From: Candidatus Giovannonibacteria bacterium RIFCSPLOWO2_01_FULL_46_13
GTDB lineage: Bacteria > Patescibacteriota > Minisyncoccia > JACPKW01 > UBA11713
Direction of reading: 5' to 3'
Assembly: GCA_001778785.1 (NCBI GenBank)
Contig: MFIE01000007.1
Coordinates: 27,066 to 65,992 of the forward strand
Length of the DNA: 38,927 nt
Part shown: positions 34,601-38,927 of the stretch, one piece after another
How the letters are laid out: every line of letters begins with the position of its first letter
Position numbering within the stretch: position 1 is the first letter of the stretch
Translations under genes and position numbers: made by a program
Notes under the pieces: model-generated
The model's database searches: none
The model's input: only the letters and a program-made list of their open reading frames with translations
What the model was told of the DNA's origin: nothing

Positions 34601-35242
34601 TCCGAAGGAGTACGCATCTTCAAAGGTTACCCGAGCTTTGCGGCTGTGGGTGTAACTGGCAATTTGGCAAACGGAGACAAAGCATTATTCAGGTTCTCCG
34701 TGAAAGCAAATGGCAATGATGTCGGTATCTACAAATTCACTTTCCGCATGGCAACCACTACGGCTGTCGTTACCAGCCCTCAAGTGTATGCATTCACTGA
34801 TTCAGGCTTCTCGAGTCCAGTAGCAGGATTGAATTCGGGTGCTGGTCTGATGTCTTCATCTACGGTTCCGTCGACTTCATGGGCTGTTTCGGCGAGTACA
34901 GACTTCGAGTTCTTCGCCAACAATTCAAGCGGTAACGCGACTGTTCTACATATTCCGTCAGGTTCGACTTATTACTTCGAACTTAGAGGAACTGTTGCAT
35001 CAACAGCCGCTGGAGCTTCGGTTTCTACACAGCTCCAAGGTGATGCTACATCCTACTCTGATGCTTCTGATCAGGTGGGTACAGCAGCACAAGTTGATGC
35101 AGGAACGGATTACGATGACTTTATCTGGACGCCAAACTCGTTGACTGCGCCATCAGTAGTTGGTGACAACGATTGGACAAACGGCTATCTTGTTCCAGGT
35201 CTCCCGACCTCGAACATGAACGCCCAGGTTATATCTCTCTAG
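31637..35242 (+). CDS. 1201-aa secreted cell-surface protein: signal peptide, PG_binding_1-like domain, (GTP)8 linker, about six Thr/Ser/Gly/Ala-rich beta-type modules
   Basis: Signal peptide KKAANKIAVTFLSVSTALFLSGASLTVPLVANA|A. PG-binding pattern GMTGNDVKCLQQYLNSVGF..FGAKTKAAVVKWQAANGVSPTSGLFGPISRAKY. The rest is low in charged residues and repetitive in pattern. Confidence 0.85.
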   Translation: MSIRTKKAANKIAVTFLSVSTALFLSGASLTVPLVANAALTESQIQSILSLLSSFGADQSTINNVNASLRGQPTTPVPPSTTGNCGFTRSLSLGMTGNDVKCLQQYLNSVGFQVSTSGAGAPGMETTYFGAKTKAAVVKWQAANGVSPTSGLFGPISRAKYNSMAGTPGTPGTPGTPGTPGTPGTPGTPAGTQLMIAPGTQPANSLAPQNAARVPFTTVRFTAGTDGDITVNGVTVERGGLAADTSFDGVVLLDENGVQLGISKTLNSSHQATVGEAFVVKAGQSRTVTVAANMDSDLSQEAGQVATFSVVGVNSAATLTGSLPISGAQHTINASLTIGSVTVSRGSLDPGANQTKEVGTTNYTFASVKVTAGSAEKVYLTHIRWNQTGSTGSGDLANLKTYVDGTAYDTMASVDGKYFTATFPGKGILLDKGFSADISVKGDIVGGSARTIDFDIAKQTDIGLKGETYGYGLIPPLAGSAATADGSAFNNAEDPYYDASQVTVSTGTINVSVATAVSAQNIAINVLGQPLGALAVDVKGEAISVQSMIFNVSLVGEGANDDVDDITNAQLVDQNGAVLSTADGSATDASGNEGTITFSDTITFQPGITTLTFKGKVGSDIDGDTTIAASTTPSGWSTVRGLTTGNTVTPAPSSALNMPRMTVKAGALTVSAQTVPTAQTIIAGASQFEFARYNFDATGSGEDIRLVSIPLTYGVATGNANDLTNCKLYDGATVVNASNIINPTSESSSTSFTFDGTGLTLTKGQSKIISLKCDLRSGSTGSYLWGLDTAEATSFTGATGLTSGSTITETLSESNGQAMTAASGGTLTAALDSASPTYKVVSAGMTNVELARIRFTASNEAVDLRQVSLQLTGAGSTTASSTPNDLVGRVVSLWTTDGVQIGTANFSTQEDYATSSAIASGAFRVAKDTSKVLVVKGDASSICTSCDITTSGDFLKVDYDGNNIGINGNYGVGVSSGANVTPTGGDTASEGVRIFKGYPSFAAVGVTGNLANGDKALFRFSVKANGNDVGIYKFTFRMATTTAVVTSPQVYAFTDSGFSSPVAGLNSGAGLMSSSTVPSTSWAVSASTDFEFFANNSSGNATVLHIPSGSTYYFELRGTVASTAAGASVSTQLQGDATSYSDASDQVGTAAQVDAGTDYDDFIWTPNSLTAPSVVGDNDWTNGYLVPGLPTSNMNAQVISL
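32132..32203 (+). repeat. eight tandem 9-nt units encoding (Gly-Thr-Pro)8
   Basis: gga aca cca / gga acg ccg / ggc aca cct / gga act cca / ggg acc cca / gga aca cca / gga acg cct / gga aca ccg. The units differ at synonymous positions. Confidence 0.95.
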
Positions 35243-35274
35243 CGCTTGTGCCCCGATCTTTATCGGGGGCTAGC

Positions 35275-35306
35275 AAAACCCCCCGCCCGAAAGGGCGGGG
35301 GGTTTT
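35275..35306 (+). terminator. strong intrinsic terminator after the surface-protein gene
   Basis: ccccccgccc (35279-35288), GAAA loop, gggcgggggg (35293-35302), then TTTT. A second hairpin (gccccgat/atcgggggc, about 35250-35270) precedes it. Confidence 0.8.
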
Positions 35307-35325
35307 GAATTTGGTAAGGATTCTA

Positions 35326-35331
35326 TATAAT
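35326..35331 (+). promoter_or_regulatory. -10 box placed for a leaderless TPR-gene mRNA
   Basis: TATAAT at 35326-35331, 6 nt (taataa), then ATG at 35338. TTGAAT lies about 15-16 nt upstream. Confidence 0.45.
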
Positions 35332-35337
35332 TAATAA

Positions 35338-36000
35338 ATGGATTTTTTAAGTAATAAATTCTTTATCTATAGTTTGGTCATTGGCCTTATTTTGCTGGGC
35401 GGGTTTTATGTTTGGTTTGATTTAAAATACTCTGCAAATGTTCCGCAGATGGCAAATAATACAGCTTCTACGACGGAAGAAAATGGGAATGGGGCGGAAA
35501 TAAGTCTTATCCCAAATCGCCCCGTGCCAGACCTTCCTTGGCCAGTTGAGATTCATGCAGAAGTTTCAGAAGAGGCCAAGAAAATGCTCTTGGAAAATAT
35601 TGAGATTCTAACCATGAGCCTTCGCAAAGATCCCCAACAATATTCATATTGGATGGACCTGGCTTTATTCAGGAAGCAGGCGGGGGATTTCAATGGGGCA
35701 AGAATCGCTTGGGAATATGCTTCCGAAATGCGTCCGGACGATTTTATTCCTCGGCACAATCTCGGCGACCTTTATACGTACGATATAGTGAATTTAACTA
35801 AAGCCGAGGAGTATTATAAAGAGGCTATAAAAAGACAGCCTACGGAGATCATGGTGTACCAGAAGCTCTACGAGATGTATCGCTTTAAAATGAAAAATGA
35901 TGCCAAGGCTAGGGCTATATTGGAGGAAGGAATAGCAAAAAATCCGCAGGATTCCCTGCGGCTCGAGGTTATATTGGATGACTGGATTAACGGACGGTAA
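35338..36000 (+). CDS. membrane-anchored TPR repeat protein
   Basis: N-terminal TM FFIYSLVIGLILLGGFYVWF and TPR-like repeats (YWMDLALFRKQAGDFNGARIAWEYASEMRPDD, HNLGDLY..KAEEYYKEAIKRQP). Confidence 0.7.
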   Translation: MDFLSNKFFIYSLVIGLILLGGFYVWFDLKYSANVPQMANNTASTTEENGNGAEISLIPNRPVPDLPWPVEIHAEVSEEAKKMLLENIEILTMSLRKDPQQYSYWMDLALFRKQAGDFNGARIAWEYASEMRPDDFIPRHNLGDLYTYDIVNLTKAEEYYKEAIKRQPTEIMVYQKLYEMYRFKMKNDAKARAILEEGIAKNPQDSLRLEVILDDWINGR

Positions 36001-36196
36001 ACGGGAGGGAAGCGAGCACTCTTGCCCTTTTGACCGCGCTTGCTAGTTTGCGCTGGTGAAGCGAGCAGAGGCCGGATCGCCTCTTAGGCATTATCCTAAA
36101 CTGTGGATCTAAAAAACGCTTTAACGTTTCGGCGTCTTTGTAATCGATGCCCTTCATGTTCGATGTGCAGAAAAAGCACTGTTTTTGGTTAATCAT
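35987..36196 (-). CDS. rpsR: 30S ribosomal protein S18
   Basis: CFFC..IDYKDAETLKRFL......I.PKRRSGLCSLHQRKLASAVKRAR. Sits in an rpsF-ssb-rpsR operon. Confidence 0.92.
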   Translation of the reverse strand: MINQKQCFFCTSNMKGIDYKDAETLKRFLDPQFRIMPKRRSGLCSLHQRKLASAVKRARVLASLPFTVR

Positions 36197-36213
36197 TTTT
36201 ATTTATTACTTAC

Positions 36214-36669
36214 TTAAAAAGGTATTTCGTCCGGGTTAATTTCGTCGCCCGGATATTCTATTGTCTCTATTTTCTCTTCTTCCTTGTTGGGCTGTTGTTT
36301 TTCAGAGGGGCCGGCTGGCGCTTGTCCTCCGCCATCATATCCGCCGATCTTCGGCCCCATCTGCATGCCCTCCATTATTATTTCCGTCCGGTTCTTTTTG
36401 CCCCCGTCCTTGGATTCCCAGTTTCTGGTTTGGAGCCTGCCTTCTATGTATACCATTTTCCCCCTGGAAAGATACTGCGAGGCGATTTCAGCTAAGCGGC
36501 CGAAAGCGACTATATTATGAAATTCCGTCTGTTTTTCCTGCTTGCCGTCCCTTTTATATACCCGGTTGGTGGCTATCCCGAAGGTTACTACCGGCTGTCC
36601 TGAAGGCAGGGAGCGCATTTCCGGGTCGCGGGTGAGGTTTCCTATCAAGAGTACCTTGTTGAGATTCAT
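36214..36669 (-). CDS. ssb: single-stranded DNA-binding protein
   Basis: MNLNKVLLIGNLTRDPEMR OB fold, a Gly/Pro-rich linker, and an acidic tip DEIPF. Confidence 0.93.
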   Translation of the reverse strand: MNLNKVLLIGNLTRDPEMRSLPSGQPVVTFGIATNRVYKRDGKQEKQTEFHNIVAFGRLAEIASQYLSRGKMVYIEGRLQTRNWESKDGGKKNRTEIIMEGMQMGPKIGGYDGGGQAPAGPSEKQQPNKEEEKIETIEYPGDEINPDEIPF

Positions 36670-36681
36670 GCTTAAATACTA

Positions 36682-37083
36682 CTATTCTCCTAAAATTTCT
36701 TCCAGTTTCTTGTCGATCTCCTGCACATCCGCGGCCTTTGTCTCTGGAGCCCTCTTTATTTTCGGGTGTCCCTTGGTCTCGAACCCATAGGCCTTGGCGA
36801 TGGTGATCATATACCTGATGAATTTCTGGTCGCGCTTTAATCTCGATTCCAATTCCGAGAGGTCCTCCGGTTTCAAGAAAAATTTCATGCTTCCAAATAC
36901 CCCTTCGTAGTTTTTACCTACCGGATAAGCGAGGCGCCTTTTTGAAAGTCGCGACTCCTCAAGGCTTCGTCCGCTTTTTTCTTCTATGTATTTTCGGATC
37001 TGCTCGAGAGTGCCGGTCAGGCCTTCATCGCTGTCGATCTTTAAAACGTAGGAAATCTCGTATAATTTTGGTTCTTGCTGCAT
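36682..37083 (-). CDS. rpsF: 30S ribosomal protein S6
   Basis: YEISYVL.., RRLAYPV pattern. Operon context with ssb and rpsR. Confidence 0.9.
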   Translation of the reverse strand: MQQEPKLYEISYVLKIDSDEGLTGTLEQIRKYIEEKSGRSLEESRLSKRRLAYPVGKNYEGVFGSMKFFLKPEDLSELESRLKRDQKFIRYMITIAKAYGFETKGHPKIKRAPETKAADVQEIDKKLEEILGE

Positions 37084-37089
37084 GAAAAG

Positions 37090-37095
37090 AGTATA
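37090..37095 (-). promoter_or_regulatory. -10 box placed for a leaderless rpsF-ssb-rpsR mRNA
   Basis: The minus strand reads TATACT (rc of 37090-37095), 6 nt (cttttc), then ATG (37083). It lies in the 18-nt gap after ychF. Confidence 0.45.
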
Positions 37096-37101
37096 TCAGA
37101 C

Positions 37102-38004
37102 CTATATCTTAAATTCAATTACGTCCCCGTCCTGCACGATATACTCCCTTCCCTCTGTGCGAAGGGTTCCCAGCTCCCGCGCGCGGGCCCAGGATCCAGC
37201 CTCGATGAATTTTTCGTACGAAATTATGTCTGCCCGGATAAATTTTTGTTCGAAATCCCCGTGTATGGCCCGGCCCGCGCGCGGGGCTGTAGAATCTTTT
37301 GGAATCGTCCAGGCGCGGGATTCGTCTTCGCCGGCCGTGAAATAAGTTATCAATCCAAGGAATTCGTAAGCTTTTTTTATAAGGTCCGGGAGGGCCGATT
37401 TTTCCCCGAGTTCCTCCCTGTCTTTTTCGTCGAGCTCGGAAACCTCAAATTCTTTTTTTATGTCGATCGTGATGGAGTTTGGCATTTGCGGAATTTCAAC
37501 TTTGCCTTTCTCAGAAGTATTGAATGCGTAAAGGATCGGTTTTTCTGAAAGCAACTGCAGCTGCGTCGGGTCTTTGGCTTTTTCTTTTGTCTCCATATCT
37601 TTCAGTTCCAATTCTATCTGTATGGTCTCGATATCGGAGAGGGGATTAGGTTTTCCCGTAACGTGTATTATATTTTCGTTTTCGAACGCCCGGACCACTT
37701 CCAAGATCGCGTCCACTTCCCGGATATGCGCCAAAAATTTATTCCCTAAGCCTTCTCCCTCGGCCGCCCCCTTTACGAGTCCGGCGATGTCTACGAATTC
37801 AACAACTGCGGGGACGATTTTTTTAGATTTGGAAAGCTCGGCCAGTTTGAAAAGCCTTTCGTCGGGCACTTCAACGACGCCGACGTTCGGGTCGATCGTG
37901 GCGAAGGGGTAGTTGGACTTATCTACTTCTTTTTTGGTTAAAGCCTGGAACAGGGTAGATTTTCCAACGTTGGGCAAGCCCACTATGCCGATTTTTAGTG
38001 ACAT
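37102..38004 (-). CDS. ychF: ribosome-binding ATPase YchF (short, 300 aa)
   Basis: Starts at MSLKIGIVGLPNVGKSTLFQALT (ATG is rc of 38002-38004). C-terminal TGS-like ..AGRAIHGDFEQKFIRADII..REYIVQDGDVIEFKI. The track's 38 extra N-terminal codons overlap the divergent phosphohexomutase gene. Confidence 0.9.
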   Translation of the reverse strand: MSLKIGIVGLPNVGKSTLFQALTKKEVDKSNYPFATIDPNVGVVEVPDERLFKLAELSKSKKIVPAVVEFVDIAGLVKGAAEGEGLGNKFLAHIREVDAILEVVRAFENENIIHVTGKPNPLSDIETIQIELELKDMETKEKAKDPTQLQLLSEKPILYAFNTSEKGKVEIPQMPNSITIDIKKEFEVSELDEKDREELGEKSALPDLIKKAYEFLGLITYFTAGEDESRAWTIPKDSTAPRAGRAIHGDFEQKFIRADIISYEKFIEAGSWARARELGTLRTEGREYIVQDGDVIEFKI

Positions 38005-38009
38005 GAGAG

Positions 38010-38016
38010 AATAATA
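38010..38016. promoter_or_regulatory. overlapping back-to-back -10 boxes for divergent ychF and phosphohexomutase genes
   Basis: On plus: AATAAT (38010-38015), 7 nt, then ATG 38023. On minus: TATTAT (rc of 38011-38016), 6 nt, then ATG 38004. The whole divergent gap is 18 bp. Confidence 0.4.
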
Positions 38017-38022
38017 GAATAT

Positions 38023-38927
38023 ATGGGGCTCGACGTAAATATAAAACTCAAGGCCTTCAAGGAAAAGGTTTTTAGGGCGTACGATGTCCGCGGCCTTTAT
38101 CCGGAGGAACTTGACCACAACACCGTCGAGCTTATTGCGGGCGGGTTTGCTGAATTCTTGAAATCGAAAGGCGATTCCTCGACCTCGCTCGAGACAAGAA
38201 AAACATGCCTCCTGGGAAGGGATATTCGCTGGAGTTCACTCGAAATTTCAGAGATGGTTTCGGACGGGCTTCGCGCCCGCGGGGTAGACGTCATTGATAT
38301 CGGGGAGGCCACAACGCCCCTACACGTCTTCGCCATTGCCCAAACCAAGGCTTCGGGCGGGATAATGGTTACGGCTTCGCATAATCCCATCAAATATAAC
38401 GGCCTAAAAATTTATAAAGGCACGGAAGCTTTAAGCGAGAAATCTGGGCTTTCCGAAATAAAAGAAATTATCAAAAAAGGGATTCCTCAGGAGGTGAGCC
38501 AAATCGGAGGGTACATCCAAAAAAGTTACCTCGAAGAATATGTAAAGTTTTTATTGAAAGGAGTTTCCGTGAAAAGAAAAATTAAAGCGGTTTTCGACGC
38601 GGGCGGGGGAGCGGTTACATTGGTGCTGCCGAAAATATTGGAGAAATTACAGAATGTCGAGGCGGAAGCGATTTTTATGAAGCCCGACCCAACCCTTTCC
38701 GAAAAAGAACCGAACCCGCTCCTTCCGCAAGCGCAGGAGAAAATTAAAGAAGTCGTACGCGATAAAAAAGCGGACATAGGTTTTCTTTTCGATCCGGACG
38801 GGGACCGCTTAATTGTTTTTGATGAAAACGCGAACGCTATCCGCGGGGACGGAATTTTGTGGCTCTTGGCGCGGCGCTTGGCGCGTGCTGGCGAGAGCGT
38901 AGTATATGATATCCGTTCCTCGAAAGC
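38023..38927 (+). CDS. phosphoglucomutase/phosphomannomutase family protein, N-terminal about 301 codons (runs off the right edge)
   Basis: Absent from the ORF track (open at the edge). My translation reads MGLDVNIKLKAFKEKVFRAYDVRGLYPEEL.. with the phosphoserine loop TASHNPIKYNGLK and the Mg loop FDPDGDRLIVFD. Confidence 0.85.
   Translation, partial: MGLDVNIKLKAFKEKVFRAYDVRGLYPEELDHNTVELIAGGFAEFLKSKGDSSTSLETRKTCLLGRDIRWSSLEISEMVSDGLRARGVDVIDIGEATTPLHVFAIAQTKASGGIMVTASHNPIKYNGLKIYKGTEALSEKSGLSEIKEIIKKGIPQEVSQIGGYIQKSYLEEYVKFLLKGVSVKRKIKAVFDAGGGAVTLVLPKILEKLQNVEAEAIFMKPDPTLSEKEPNPLLPQAQEKIKEVVRDKKADIGFLFDPDGDRLIVFDENANAIRGDGILWLLARRLARAGESVVYDIRSSK

Noticed and set aside
35201-35215. LPTSN near the C-terminus of the surface protein, considered as a sortase LPXTG signal
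   Set aside because: The fifth residue is Asn, not Gly. Only 9 residues follow, with no hydrophobic helix or basic tail, so it is not a cell-wall sorting signal.
37102-38118. 338-aa version of ychF and minus ORF 38097..38393
   Set aside because: The extra 38 N-terminal codons precede the conserved MSLKIGIVGLPNVGKST start and overlap the phosphohexomutase gene (FRAYDVRG.., TASHNP). The 98-aa ORF is antisense to that gene.
1-38927. Search for CRISPR arrays, transposases or IS ends, integrases, DGR template/variable repeats, toxin-antitoxin pairs and known defence-system genes
   Set aside because: I could find no regularly spaced direct repeats, no RT, integrase or transposase motifs, and no long nucleotide duplications. 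The only repeats seen are the 9-nt GTP units and the 15-nt tRNA-Thr fragment.

Overview
This 38.9-kb window is a gene-dense bacterial chromosomal segment that uses standard code 11. UGA acts as a stop codon and RF2 is present. Most of it is housekeeping.

**Gene order**
- pth (partial), lepB, hisS, HIT, rpsU, yqeY-like, ybeY, ftsA, ftsZ, nrdA, nrdB, rnpB (RNase P RNA)
- small HTH protein, Wzy_C/TPR membrane protein, murJ, lepA, FtsB-like protein, tRNA-Gly
- lysyl-oxidase-like protein, PQQ-type sugar dehydrogenase, tRNA-Thr, prfB (+1 frameshift), ftsE, ftsX
- a minus-strand block: RRM RNA-binding protein, ferritin-like/VIT transporter, secreted hypothetical, second HIT, 78-aa hypothetical, DUF2585, small membrane protein, typA, GH18, tRNA-Gln. 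A cytidylate-kinase-like gene on the plus strand sits inside this block.
- MOSC protein, a 1201-aa surface protein, TPR protein, rpsR-ssb-rpsF, ychF, and a partial phosphohexomutase

Short versions of conserved genes, sparse Shine-Dalgarno sites, an RRM protein and Wzy_C/TPR fusions suggest a reduced-genome, CPR/Parcubacteria-like organism. That is inference only. I saw no CRISPR array, transposase, integrase, rRNA or obvious defence system.

**Most notable observations**
1. A terminator-insulated 1201-aa peptidoglycan-binding modular surface protein sits behind a 515-bp AT-rich leader.
2. A membrane-anchored lysyl-oxidase-like (HxHxH, Lys, DTY) protein is abutted stop-to-start (TAA then ATG, no gap) by a PQQ-type dehydrogenase, and the pair lies between two tRNA genes.
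3. tRNA 3'-end fragments lie downstream of tRNA-Thr.
4. RF2 has SHF in place of the SPF stop-recognition tripeptide, and its frameshift site lacks an SD-like stimulator.
5. A -10 box 5-7 nt before the ATG recurs at about 13 unit-leading genes, implying leaderless mRNAs. This includes back-to-back divergent pairs in 18-25-bp gaps.

All domain calls rest on motif recognition by eye. No searches were run.
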